A stretch of 64,000 nt of DNA from Podospora anserina (Eukaryota): the NCBI GenBank assembly GCA_017654855.1, contig CM030335.1:1-64000 (forward strand), given 5' to 3'. Both the position numbers and the translations under genes were made by a program. A model generated the notes under the pieces. That model saw nothing but the letters and a program-made list of their open reading frames with translations. It was not told the DNA's origin and searched no databases. Positions 12,674 through 26,660 of the stretch are shown here, one piece after another. Each line of letters starts with the position of its first letter. Within the stretch, counting starts at the first letter, position 1.

Positions 12674-15600
12674 TATTATAGGGCTTTTAGATTTATTATT
12701 ATATTCTATAAGCCTTAAACTTAAAGGAAAAGGTATAAGCTTAATATTAATATTAAAGTATTTAACGGCTTTATTAATATAGGCTTTTTAATAAAGTTAA
12801 AAGTAACGATTTAGTTTATTACGTTCGATTTAAATATTTAAAAAATAGCGAGCTAGGCCGAGATTTTTAATATCGTAATAGTTATTTATTACTTTTTTTA
12901 AAATTTAAAGCTATAAATATTATAGGCTTATAAGTAAATAATTATTAACGTAATTAATAAAAAAAATTATATAATTCAAATAAAAATAAATAACTATATT
13001 TAAAATTAATAGCCTAAAACCTAGTACCCGGGCTATTATAAAAACCTTTTATTATTATAAGTAAAATACTTACTTAAGGCTATAAAAAAACTTTTTTAAA
13101 AATATAATTTAGTTTTTTATAGGGTCCTAGCTAGCTCTCTTAAGTAGGATTATAGCGGCTAAACTACTATAAGAAAACTCGGTTAGGCCCTACGGAAGTT
13201 TAATATATATATCGAAATCGGTTTCCGAATTTAAAAAGGTTTCTACGAAATTTATTTACTTAATATCCTAATCGAATACCGTAATAATAATTAATATAAT
13301 CCTTTAAATTAGAGGGCCTATAGTAAAAATATAGGTTTATAAAAAATTAATTTTTAAGGTTTATTAAAATCCCCGGGTAATTAACCGTACTTTATACTTT
13401 ATTATAATACCTTACGGGTTTTTCTTTTCTTTAAAAACCTAACGATTAATAATTAACCGCTTTTTAACCTTTAAACGATTAATAAAGTAAAAGGTTTTTA
13501 TTATAAAGAACTATTATATTTCTATAAATATTATTTATAATTATTAATCTTTATTAGGGTGCTTTAAAATTTATTTAAAGGTATTAGGTTTTAAAAATAT
13601 AGCCGTAAATTAAATTACTAAAGTTTTTAAGGACCTAGAGACTAAATAACTAATAAATTTAATATAATTTATTTCGTCGATAGGCTTAAACTCCTTACGT
13701 TATTCCCGAATTACTTAAGGTAGTAGGATCTTAATAGTAATAAAAGGTATTAGAATTCCAGGATCCGGTATTTAAATAAAGTCCTCTATAGGGGTTTAAA
13801 TATTTAATTTATTTTCTAAGTTATTAAACCGGTTTATTACTTTTAATAAATTAATAGAGTTCGGTAGCCTTATAAATTAAGTTTTAGGATTTTCGTAGAA
13901 CTTTATAAAGTTAATTTAAATAACTTTATTTAGGCTTAAGTAAATTAAGTAAGTTTAATAGTTAAAGATTATAAGGAATTAGCCTTTAATTCCTTTAGGC
14001 GCGAGTTTCTTTTTTAAAACCTAGCTTTTAATAAAAATATATATTATAACCTTAATATTAATAGTTTTATAATTTAAAAGGTTAAATCTATAAGTTAATT
14101 AGTTAGGAAGTAATTTATTATAAAAAGATTAATAAAGCGTAAGTTCTTTAAAGGATTATACTATTTTATTAATAATTTTAATTATAAATTAAATAATATA
14201 GTTCTAGAAAGTAAGCGGGAAGCTTAAAGTAAATATTATAGCCCTTAATCGGTTAAAAATAATATAAATAGAACGCTTTACTAAACTATTTTAGTTAGGG
14301 GTTTTAGAATTTAAAATATTAAAGTTAATACTTTTTTTTACGAAATAGGCCTTTAAAAGTAGGATTTTTTTTCCCCCGTTATAATAGAAGTGCCCTAGGT
14401 ATTTATAAAGGGAGTTTTTTAGGCTTTCGATTATTAAACGGGCTTCTTAAACGGTATTTTTTTTTAATTTTAGGGGCCGAACGAAACGGTAACGGGTCTT
14501 CCGATCCACTAAAATAAAGGCGTAAACCTTCTTCGTAAATAAAAAAAGTTTAATCGAAATAATATTTCCTTTAATCCAGCTTAAGGTAAATAAAGGGTTA
14601 TTAACGACTTACCTAAAGGGCTTACGAAGGATTTTTACGGTATTATAGCTCTTATAAATAAAATCCTTAAACCGGATTTTCTATAAATTAAATATTCCTT
14701 CGGTAATTAAAAAAGTTTTTTTTAAAAAAGTAAAGCCTATATAACTTAACCGTATATATGAAAAAATAGTAATCTCGATAAATACTATTAAAGGTTCTTT
14801 AAAAGACTTTTTAAAAGGCTTTACCGGTAAAATAATTAATATTTAATCCTTAATTCCCTCTAGAATTTTAGAGGTTTTAAATTCCTTAAGGATCGTAAGA
14901 ATCTTAAAATCCTTTAAATTACTAGAATTTTTAATATAAGCGCTATAATTATATTAGTAACTATATTTTCCGGGGCGGCTCTTTCCTTTAACTTCTAAAA
15001 AAAATCTAGATTTATCGAAGTTAAGTAGGGTAATAAGTTTTTTATTAATATCGAAAATCTTTTAATAAAATAAAGCTCCTTTAAAATAATAAAAGCACTT
15101 TTTATTTATAATATTTAATAAGAAATTTAAAATATAAAGGGTTTTAAAAAGTAAAACCGTAAAATAATAAACCTTTTCGTTCTTAATTCCGGTATAGAAA
15201 TAAACTTTTATAGTACTTTAACTTACTAGGCTTATAGGGCTACCCCTTATTTAAACCGAGCTTAGGTTTTTAAGTATTAAAAAGTTTATAAAAAAGTTTC
15301 TTTCGTTATATATATAAACGGTAGAGCCGGTATTAAAAAACTATATATTTCGAAGGCCCTTATAAACGTAGGTTATAGGGCTTCCTTTATTAAAGGAGGG
15401 ATCTTTTAAGATATTATAGAATCCTATATTAAAATTAAAGTTTATTAGGAAGGAAACCTCTATAGTATCCGCTAAAGGTAAAAAGTTTTATAAAAAATAT
15501 TTTTTAGATTTATTTTTTTTCTTTTTTTTTTTCGAGCCTCCCGAGCTTTTTAAATCTATAAAGCCTTTAGAGTTTTTTAAACCCCTTAAACCCCTTAAAC

Positions 15601-17224
15601 CCTTTAAAAATCTAGAATTTTTAGGTTTATTTTTAGGAGATTTATCGTTTTTTTAGGCCTTAAAGTGCTAAGACTATAGGGCTATAAAAGCTTAAGTAAT
15701 TAAAGTAATTAAGTTCCGGGTTTCTATAAGAAAATTATTTTAAAAAAAGGAAAGATTAAGTAATTTAGCCGGGCTTAAATACGTTTAATAACGAATTAAA
15801 GCTCTATAGCGTTTATATTACTATAGAAAATTATATTTTAAAGTATTTAAATAGTAATTAACTTAATTAGTTTCCTAAATAATTATATTTAAGCCCTTAA
15901 GCCGAAAAATAAAAGTATTAAATTTAATATTAAATTCTATTACCGTAAGGGAATTATTAAATTTTAATAAATAGTAAAATTTATAAAGTTTATTCCGAAT
16001 AATTAATTAAGTTAGGGTATATTATATTTATAAGTATAGGAAAATAGTAGCCGGAGAGTCCTCTGTTTCGATAGTTTAAAAGGGACCTTACTAAAGAGTA
16101 TTCCGGATAGTAAGGACTAGGTAAGCCTTAAGTATATTTATTAAAGTATTAGTAACTTCGGTAGGTTTATTAATAAAGTTTAAGATCCTTATAACTTTTA
16201 ATTAAATAATAAAAGCCTAAATTTATTATTAATAATTATTAAGCTTTAAAAGTTTATTTTTTTAATTAACTAGAGGGTTTATTTACTAAAGTCCTTTATT
16301 AAAAAAATAATAGCCGTAAGCGGAGTAGGAGGTATCGATAATAAAGAAGCGGAGGTAGGTATAGCCGAAAGTATTAGTATAAAGGAGTTTTTTAAACGAG
16401 GTACTAAGTTTTTAATAGAAACTTATAACGTAGTAATTTTTTTATTTTAACGAATAATTATATCTTTTAACTTTTTTATAAATTTATTAAACTAGACTTT
16501 AAAGTAGGTTTTTAATTAAGTAACGATTTACTAACTTAAAGCGGTCGGGTCGATATTTAAAGGTAAGTTAGGAAGGGGAGGGACGTTCCCTATCTCTTTA
16601 TTTATTATAAAAAACGAAGGTCTAAAAAGTAGGACGTTAATTAATAAATATAAAATTAAGTATTTTAATTTTAGGGCTTAGTAGCCTATAAGAATAGAGT
16701 TTACGGTAAAAAACCGCTATAGGAACGTAAAATAAAGGAATTTGCTAAAATTTAAATATAAGTCCGGGCTTATAATTTATTAAAATATATCGTCGGTAGG
16801 CTAATTATATACCTTCTAAGTAGGTCGGAAGTAATTACTTAAAGACTTTGGGGTTCTTGGACTGCGAGGTACGACGGTGTGAGGTAGTACCGAAGGAAGG
16901 CAAGTATAGGGAACTATGCCCTACAAAAGTATAGTAAACTAGTATATTGATTTTGATTATCTAACTTAAACTTAAAAAAAAAAAAGATTATTCTAAATAC
17001 ACTGGGAGGGGAGCCTTTTATAGGTATCCAAAACCTTTTTTTCCTCCTTATCAATCCCCACAACTTCTACCAGTTCAGTTAGCCACAGTAGCTTATATAA
17101 AAACTTTGTAGTTCCTTATAACCGCTATGGGCGTTATGGGCGCTATGGCTTGAAGCCTTTGAGTGCTGTAAGCCACGAGAAAGAACATACTGTAAAATCC
17201 ACAAATAAGTGCTGTATTTTAACA
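12670..17224 (-). mobile_element. Copia (Ty1) LTR retrotransposon family A, 3'-truncated, RIPed
   Basis: Reverse complement of 29334-~33888. 5' LTR at 16778-17224 (447 bp, ends aaca on +). PBS GGTTATGAGCCC-like at 16766-16777. Breaks inside RT at the cap junction, so RNase H and the 3' LTR are missing. Confidence 0.93.
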
Positions 17225-17470
17225 CTTAACTTTATATTTATTATTTACTATTCTACACCGCTCGTACAATAATATATCCTATATCATTCTATATAGCTCG
17301 TTTAGGTAATTCTAATAATATCTTTTTTTTTTATTTTAATAAAAAAGATTTTATCGGATCGTATAACTAAATTCTTAACGGATCCTACCCCTTGTTTCCA
17401 AAGTAGGGCGTTTTTTTTAGTGCGTTTCTCAACGGATTATACTACAATCTATCAGAGAATAACTAATAAA
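17225..17470. repeat. Remnant 202-bp unit plus end cap, copy 2
   Basis: cttaactttatatt...atcggatcgtataact followed by aaattcttaacggatcctacccc...acggattatactacaatctatcagagaataactaataaa. Confidence 0.92.
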
Positions 17471-17548
17471 TATTATAATTATCGTTAGGTAGGAAAAACC
17501 GTATTAACGACTTTATTATAATAAAGTTTAAAGGCTTTTTAGGGATTT

Positions 17549-20500
17549 TATTATAACCCTAGTACAGGACGGTTATAGGGCTACAGGAATAAAAGGCTAA
17601 TCGGGAAAACGTATAGGGGAGCTAATTATAGTAAAAGTAAAGTAATTAATGTAATTAAGGCACTAAGTAAATTAAGTAAAAGTAATTAGTGTAATTAAGG
17701 TACTAAGTAAACTAAGTTAAGGTAATTAATAACTTTAGGAGACTAATTACGGCTTAATATAAGGACTATATATACAGAGGAACTGGCTAATATAAATAAA
17801 TAGTTCCGTAATATATAATTTAAATTTATATTTACGGAATTTAGTATTTATATTAAAATATTTTATTATATACTATTTAGTTACACTAAATTAATTATTA
17901 GAAATTACCTTTAACTAGTATCCTTTTTAAAGGTTCTATATAGAGGTTCGTTATACGTTATATACTTACTTTAATTTTATTACGGATAAAATAAAGGTAT
18001 TAAGTTAACGCTATAGCCGGAAACGTTAATACTTAAAGGATTTCGACCCAACTTACTATTAATTAACTTCTCGCTCGTATTTAAAAACTTAAAGATAAGT
18101 TACGCCTTTTTTATAATACCTTTACGTAAAAGAACGCTATACTCTATTAGGAAATTAATATTTTACGTAAGGAGGAAAAGTATATTAAGCTCGAAGTACC
18201 CGATTATTATAAAGGCGTAAAGGGAAAGATAGGAGGGTTCCTAATTTAATTTAAGGCTTATTTTCGGTACTACTTTTTTAATTTTTTAAACGAAGAATTT
18301 TAGGTTATATATATTACGTTCTGGCTTAAAGATAAAGTACTTATTTAGTTTAAGCCGATTTTAGGAGATTATTTCGATAATAAGTACGACGAGAGGGAAG
18401 ATATTACGAAAAAGTATTTTAAGTTATATAAAGGTTTTAAAGAGAAGATTAAAGAGGTATTTAAGGAATACGACGAGGGTAAGCGTACTTAAAAGCGATT
18501 GGTTAATTTTAAGTAAACTCGATTTATTATCGATTACATTATAGTATTTAAGATAAATATATTTTATAGTATAATTAACGATAAAGGGTTAATATAATTA
18601 TTTTATAATAGGTTTAAAGAAAAAATTAAAAATAAGTTATATCGAATAGAGCGACCGGAGATTATTAACGAGTATATTATAATAGTAGTTTGTATTAACG
18701 ATCGATAATATTAGTGCCGTAAAGAGTGTAAGGGTATATACGTATAAAAACCCTATTACTTTAACGATAAAAGAAAGAAACGGCCGTACGGGATTTACGT
18801 TTCGGGGATTATATATATATGGTTTATAGAAATTAATATTATTTAATAATAAAAGCTGTAAAGCTAAAGTAGAAATAATTTTAAGTATTTTAATTATAGT
18901 AAAGTAAAATACTTTAAGAAGGACTATAGGGTATTTAAGTAATTCGGATAGAAAAGAAAGATTATAGTAATTACTATATTAAAGGACTAAGAATTATAAA
19001 GGTTATAATTATCGGGTATTAGTAAAGTAAAGTAAAGAACCGTTATTAAATATATATATAAAAAAATACTAAATATATAAAAGACGGAAGATAGGAGGAA
19101 ACTAAACGGATATAATTAAAAAATTTTATATTATTAAATAACCTAAAGTAAAAGGATACTTTTAAACGATATAACCGTTTAGGAAACGATTTATAGCTTT
19201 TTACGGAAACCGGTAATTTTTAACGGATTACGAACGGTATTTTCGAAGGTATTAGTGTAAAGCGAAAGTATAGGATAACGATCCGGTATTCGTTAGCGAG
19301 GTTATTACTATATAGGGAGGAGGTAAAAGAAATAAATATTTTTAAATTATAGCGTATTAAAAAAATATTTAAGCTATAATATTAATAAACGGTAATACGG
19401 AAACGAATTTAATTTTATTATAGTTCGTATACTAGGTTAGAATACTATAGAAAAAAAAGAAGGAATAGATTGTTATATAAAAACTATTTCTAATATAAAG
19501 AGTTTATAGAAAAATATTACTTTTAAATATTATAATTAAAAGAAAAATAACTTTAATTATATTCGATATTATAAATATAGGACCCTCGAAGGATATAATT
19601 TTAGGGTAATTATAATATAAAGATTATAATTTAAATATCGATTGGAGGGATAGTAATTATTTATAATTAAAAAAGCTTTAAAAGTATTTAATTAACGATA
19701 GGAGATTAAAAGTATATATAAAATAAAGTATAAAATAAATACCTTCTACGGTATTACTATAAAGAACCTAAAAAGTAATAGTATATTCTATCGATATAGG
19801 CGGTAAGATCAAAGAAATAAGGTTAACGACGTTAGTGGAAATATTAAAGGTTAATAAATATATTTATTATAATAATATAGAAAAAGGTAAGAAAAAGGCG
19901 GTACTAGTAAAATATTAAGGATACTTAGCTTTTACGGTTAAATATTTAAAGGGGCTTTTAAAGCGAAGACCGTAGAATTACGAAATTAAGTTAAAAGAAA
20001 GAGCTAAGCTACGGCTATTTAAAGTTTACTATACTAATAATAAATAAAGTAACGAACTACGGAAATATTTAAACGAAAATTTTAAAAAAAAATATATTAA
20101 GGAGTCTATATCGCTAATAAAATACCCCGTATTTTTTATACTAAAAAAAAATAATAATTTATAATTATATATAGATTATTATTAATTAAATAATAAAATA
20201 ATAAAAAATAATTATCCGTTACTATTAATATTTAAGTTACGAAGTTAATTAGTAAAGGCGTAATACTTTATATATTTAAATATATTTATCGAGTACGCTT
20301 ATATATAAATTAAAGAAAGAAATAAATAAAAAATAATATTTTATATACCTTATAATTATTTCGAGTATTTCGTAATACTATTTAAACTAATTAATATACC
20401 CGCAACGTTTTAATTTTTTATTAACTATACGATTCGGAAGTACTTCGATAAGATAGTAATATATTATTTTAACGATATTTTTATTTATTTACGTACTTTA

Positions 20501-23500
20501 AAGGAATATAAGTAATATATATAAAAGATATTTAATATATTATACAAAACTAAACTTTTAATTAATAAAAAGAAAATAAGTTTTATATATAAAAAATAAT
20601 GTATTTAGAATATTTAATATTACTAAATAAAGTTTATATAGAATTTAAGAAAATTATAGTAATTAAAAATTAGTTTACGTTATAATTATAAATATATATT
20701 AAAGAATTTTTAAGGTTTATAAATTTTTACTAGATATTTATTCGAAGGTACGTAAGTATTACGTAATTATTTAATTATTTAACTAAGAAGGACGTAGAGT
20801 TCCGGTAAAGGTAGGAAGAAAAGTAGGCCTTTTAGGAGCTAAAGGAGGCTATTTTAAAGGATTTAGTACTTAAATTATTAAACTTTAATCGACTGTTCGA
20901 GGTTAAAGTAAATATATTAAACTATACGATCAGTAAATAATTAAGGTAGCGAAACGACGATAGTAAGTTATATCCAGTAATCTTTTTTTCGAAGAAGCTT
21001 AAAGAAATACGTTAAAACTATTTAATTTATAATAAAAAGTTATTTATTATTATCGAAGTATTTAAAGAATAAAGATTATACTTTAATAATATTAAATATA
21101 AAATATAGGTCTATACGGATTATAAAAATCTATAATATTTTATTATTACGAAGGTCCTTAATATATAATAAATACGATAATTAAAGTTTCTTTCGGAATT
21201 TAATTTTTAAATTAATTATAAAAAGGGTTCGGAGAATACTAAAGTAAACGTACTTAACCGGCGAACCGACTACTATAAGGATATACTTAAAGAGTTACTA
21301 TTATTATTTAAAGAAACGCTAAAAGGTATTTTTAAATATTTATTTTAACCGTAAATAAAGTATTACGTAGTATATCGTAAGTAAGTTACTTTTAATAATA
21401 AATATTAAAGAAGGCTAGGTAACGATATTATAGAGTAATATTAGTAAAAAAAATTAAAGTTATAAGGTATTTAAAGGGATAGTTAAGAAAGATTATAATA
21501 TAAAAATCGAATGTACGTAATGCTAAATAATAAAATAATATTAATAATAAAAATTTACGGATCGAAGTTCGGAAAATATATAAGTATCGCGAAGATTATA
21601 AAAAAAATTAAGTAGTACTTTAATTAATTAAAGATTAAAGACGACGTTAAAGAAGCTATTTAGTTATACTATATATACGAGAAAATAAAAGTTACGAAGT
21701 ATAAGCCTTATAGATTTTTAAAGATATTATTAATAGTAAAACGATTATAAAGTTTAATTATAATAAACTTTATTATTAAATTACTAAAATTAAAAAATAT
21801 AATAACCGGCGTTAAATATAATAATATATTAACGGTAGTTAATAAGCTTACTAAATAAATATATTTTTTACTTTATAAAGAAACCTAATCGGTAAAGTAA
21901 TTAATAAATATAGTATTATAGTATATTATATTAATATATATATAATTAAAAAAATTTATTACGGACCGCGATATTAAATTCGTATCGAAATTTTAAAAAA
22001 TATTAATAACGAGGCTAAAGGTAGTAAGTAAAGCGTTATCGGCCTATTACCCTTAAATAAACGGTTAAACGGAACGGTTTAATTAAATTATAAAATAATA
22101 TTTACGGAATTATATTAATTTCGAGTAAAACGATTAAATTAAACTATTATTTATAGTATAATAAATATATAATATATTACTAACTAAAACGATTAAAGCT
22201 ATACTGTTTTTCGTAAACTTTAAATATAAAGTAGACCTATAGTAAAAACTAAATATAAAAGTATTTAGGGCTAGGGTTAAAGTAAATAAACTATATATAT
22301 TGTATAGTAAATTTAAATAAGAATTAAAATTTATAAAGGAAAAAATACGGAAATACTATAATATTAAAAAGTTTAAGGGACTTTACTTTAAGGGGGAAAA
22401 TATAATATTCTTTTCTATATATAATTTACGTACTAAAAGATTTAGTAAAAAACTAGACTATAGGAGAGTAGGCCTATTTAAGGTTAAAATAAAAATCTTA
22501 AAAACGGTATTCGAATTAAAGCTACCTAATACGATACGTTTATAGTTATATACTTTTTATATTTTACTTTTAAAACCTATATTACCGGTAAGTAAAGTTA
22601 ATATATAAGTAATAGCGGAGAACGAAAAAAAAGAATATAATATAAAGAAAATATTAAATTTACGGTTTAATAAAAATTAATTAAAGTATTTAATTAATTA
22701 ATTAAGATATCTAGCTATAAATAATTTATAAAAACTATAGGTATATTTTAATTACTTAAATAAATAAAAAAACTTTTATTAATAATATTTAAACCGATTA
22801 AAATTTAAGTAAAAGAAATAAGTTTTTAAATTACCGCTAAATAGTAATAATATAGAAATTAAAAAATTTTAATAAAAATCGAACCTATATTTATAATATA
22901 ATAATTAACGTACTATATATTATACTATAAAATTAAAAAATATAAAGGGAATTAAATATAAGTAGTACTATGCGCTTTAACTACTTTAAAAAAAGGAAAG
23001 CGCGCCGCTAGCGGTATTTTAAATAACGAGGAAGGAAGGACCGGCTATATTAAAATTAAGAGATAGGTCGTCCGGCAAAAACTAACTAGGCTAGTTTAAT
23101 ATATCGGAAGCTTAGTTAAAGGAAAAGGCTAAAGAAAAATTAATAACGGAAAAAACTTACATTTCTTTTTATTTTAGATCCTTAATTACTCGCTCCTTAC
23201 GAATAACTAAGCGACGGAATTTAATAATTAAAACACAATACTAAATATTTACTTACGAAAGTTTCGAAGTAACTTATAATATAACCGTATAAACCTATTA
23301 TTTATTAATATTTAATTTTTTTTAATAATATAGGGAAGCTATTAACGCGGAAATAAAGTTTAAAATATTATAGTCGGAGCGACCGGAATATATATAGTAA
23401 TTATATTTAGAAGAGCGTTCGGAAGTGCGGTAATCGGGGATATTAAGGGCTTCGTAGGAAGAATAGGAAAGTATTTCGTTACTGAAGATAAAAGTAGCGG

Positions 23501-24080
23501 CTATAAGATTCTAACGGCGAAGGGTATTCGAAAGACCTTTTAGCGTAGATTTCTTAACGCGGTTAAATATTATGGAAGGATAGTAACGAGGGAGGAAAAC
23601 TTATTTAAAGTTATCGATAAGAGAGATAAACGAGCTAAGCTATCGGGGCGTTAGCCTAAAAGGGGGAGGATTATATTATAACCCTAATATAAAACGGTTA
23701 TAGGGCTACGGGAATAAAAGGTTAATCGAGAGAATATATAGGGAAGTAAATTATAGTAAAGGTAGAGTAATTAATATAATTAAAGTATTAAGTAAACTAA
23801 ATAGAGGTAATTAGTGTAATTAGGGTATTAAATAGACTAAGCCGAGGTAATTAGTAACCTTAAGAAACTAATTACGGCTTAGCATAAAGACTATATATAC
23901 GGAGGAACTAGCTAGTATAAATAAATAATTCCGTAATATATAATTTAAGCTTATATTTACGGAATTTAATATTTACATTAAAATATCTTATTATATATTA
24001 TTTAACTATACCGAACTAATTATTAAAAATTACTTTTAATTAGTATCCCTTTTAGAGGTTCTATATAGGGGTTCGTCACA
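17549..24080 (+). mobile_element. Full-length Gypsy/Ty3 chromovirus, crapaud-like, RIPed
   Basis: 407-bp LTRs at 17549-17955 and 23674-24080; 5-bp TSD GATTT; PPT aaaagggggagga. RT YFNDIFIY (=YLDDILIY) at ~20465; integrase YYP*INGQTER-like motif at ~22045; chromodomain relic at ~22630-22790. Confidence 0.95.
22900..23570 (-). pseudogene. Antisense accessory ORF of the chromovirus with a six-Cys (Zn2Cys6-like) motif, RIPed
   Basis: Minus strand reads ILSYSSYEALNIPDYRTSERSSKYNYYIYSGRSDYNI, de-RIPed MPSCSSCEALGIPDCRASERSSKCNHCVRSGRSDCDV. The 3' end is approximate. Confidence 0.6.
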
Positions 24081-24187
24081 GATTTATATATAACGCTTAA
24101 GGATTTTTTAAAGAAAATATTTATAAGCGTAAGTAAAGACCGAGCTAGTAAATTACTATTTAACTTTTAATTAACTTTAAAAATTAT

Positions 24188-24818
24188 TATTAGTTAGTAA
24201 GCCTTAATAGGCCTATAATATAAAACCTATATAGGGTTACTATAAAATACAGCAGTGCGCAAGCGGAAGCGGGAGGATACAACGGCAGTGCCGAAGGAAG
24301 GTAAAGCACTATAATACAGTAAAGTATAAGGAATAAAAATTGCTTTTATTACCCTTAGCTTTGGCCTTTAGCCTTAGCTTTAAGCTTTTGCCCTTAAGGA
24401 AAGAAAGAGAACTATTCTACAAGACAGAGGAGAGGTCTATATATAGGCCTTCGTAAGCCTACTGTAGGTCCTGTAGGCTCTAAAAGCCCCTATACCACTT
24501 TGGGGTATTTGGTGGGCTTAGGTGGGTCTAGTATAGACTCACGGAAATCTATAGAACTTTCGGCAGCAGAGGTGCCTGTAAATCACATTATTATAGTAAC
24601 TTACTACGTAAGCCTGTAGCCACTTTAGAAGGTTTTAGTATTTATTAACTAAGCCTTAGGCCACAGTAGCTCTGTAAGCCTTTAAGGGTCCCTTATAAAG
24701 AATATTCTAAAGGGATCTAAGCCGGGAAGTTCTATTACTACTTATAGCATTACTGCCCACTATAATATTAATCTGTAGGGCAGTAAGTAGGGCACTTAAT
24801 AGTACCTACACATTAATA
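24188..24818. mobile_element. Solo LTR family C (~630 bp)
   Basis: RIPed TGTTAG...CATTAACA termini; reverse complement of 27627-27639 + 40767-41376. Flanks do not form a TSD. Confidence 0.85.
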
Positions 24819-25152
24819 ATATAAAATAATGTAAATATAATTATAAATTATATACTATAGAACTATTTATTTATATTAATTAGTTCCTCCGTATATATAA
24901 ATCTTAAGGCCCTAAGGTACTCGCCCTACTACGGCCCCGATTACTTATAGTATATTATATCCTATAAAGTGTTTATCGTACTATACTTTTAATTACTCGT
25001 AGTATTTTATATCCTATAGAGTATTTATATATCTTAGCGCTATAGTACTTTCGTTTAACCCTAATTAACTATCTCCTAACTTTTTTAATAATTAGTTAGG
25101 GACGTCCTACGCCCTATATATAGCGCGGCTTACTATTAGCTTAATTATAATA
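24819..25152 (-). mobile_element. Truncated crapaud-like solo LTR
   Basis: Contains the conserved tagttcctccgtatatata core but a different variable half; cut on the left by LTR C. Confidence 0.75.
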
Positions 25153-25932
25153 AAAGGTTTATATATAGGCCTTCGTAGGCTTACTATAGGTGTAACGAAC
25201 CCCTATATAGAACCTTTAAAAGGGATACTGGTTAAAGGCTACTTCTGATAATTGGTTCGGTGCGGCTAAATAGCGCACAATAAAATGTCTTAATGTAAAC
25301 ACAAGATACCGTAAATATAAGCTGTAAATTGCATACTGCGGAACTATCTATCTACACTAGCCAGTTCCTCCGTATATATAGACCCTGTGCCAAGCCTAGC
25401 ACTGTCCTGGATCGATTAACTCGACTATCGATCCTATCGATACTGTCCCTTTTGGGATTGACCTCTTCTGGATCGATCCTCGATCCTAATAATCCTGCTC
25501 TAATTGGTCCTCGCTCCTGTATTAATGATTGGCCCGTAGTGCGCCCCGCGCCCTACCAAAGTGTTAAGCCGTGACAATAAGTCCTGTAGGCCCTAAAAGC
25601 CCCTATACTACTTTAAGGTATTTAGTAAGCTTAAGTGGGTTTAATATAGACTTACGGAAATCTATAGAACTTTTGGTAGTAAAGATACCCTATAAATTAT
25701 ATTATTATAATAACTTATTACGTAAGTTTATAGCTACTTTACAAACTTCTAATATTTATTAATTAAACTTTAGGCTATAGTAGCCCTATAAGCCTTTAAA
25801 GGTCCTTTATAAAGAATATTCTAAAGGGATTTAAGCCGGAAAGTTCTATTATTACTTATAATAGTACTGCCCACTATAATATTAATTTATAGGGCAATAA
25901 GTAAGGTACTTAGTAATACCTATATATTAATA
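25153..25932. mobile_element. Partial solo LTR family C, interrupted by a crapaud-like solo LTR
   Basis: 25153-25190 + 25577-25932 is colinear with 24431-24818. Confidence 0.85.
25191..25576 (-). mobile_element. Crapaud-like solo LTR, nearly un-RIPed
   Basis: TGTAACG...CGTGACA termini, 386 bp, TSD atagg/ataag. Retains many CpA/TpG dinucleotides. Confidence 0.93.
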
Positions 25933-26120
25933 ATTTTATATTTATTATATATTATTATCTATTATTTATATTATAATATATTTTATATTTTTTATATAGC
26001 TCGTAAAAGTAATTTTAATATTATTTTTATTCTTTATTTTAATAAAAGTTTTTTTAGTAGATCGTATAATATACTATTCCATTACTTAACCTTACGTTAC
26101 TATCTATATATATTACTAGC

Positions 26121-26451
26121 TATTACGGACCTAATATAAGTAGGGAGCGCGGGGCGCGACCTATTTAACTATTAGGAACGGAAAAGTAGGGAAGTTAAAT
26201 TATTATTAGCGCTAAAAGTAATAATCGATATTATTATTAATAATAATAATAATAAATAGGTTTATATATACGGAGGAACTAACTAACGTAAATAAATAAT
26301 TCTGTAATATATAATTTATAATTATATTTATAGTATTTTGTATTTATATTAAAGTATTTTATTATATACTATTTAGCTATACCGAACTAATTATTAAAAA
26401 TTACTTTTAACCTATATCCCTTTCAGAGGTTCTATATAGAGGTTCGTTATA
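26121..26451 (+). mobile_element. Crapaud-like solo LTR inserted in a 202-bp unit
   Basis: tattacgg...ggttcgttata termini, conserved 3' half, TSD ctagc/ctaat (RIP-altered). Confidence 0.88.
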
Positions 26452-26660
26452 CTAATATACTTACACCTAACTTTATATTTATTATTTCCTATTCTATACC
26501 GCTCGTACGATAATATATCCTATACTATTCTATGTAACTAGTTTAACCGATTTTAATAATATTTTTCCTTTTTACTTTAGTTAGAAAAATCTTATCGGAT
26601 CGTATAACTAAATTCTTAACGGATATTACTTACTTTACTATTTACGTATATTACTAGTAT

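Larger units (their letters stand above)
17471..24187 (-). mobile_element. Short internal fragment of Gypsy family B (17471-17548 + 24081-24187), interrupted by the crapaud-like element
   Basis: The joined sequence is colinear with 29122-29300. Confidence 0.85.
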
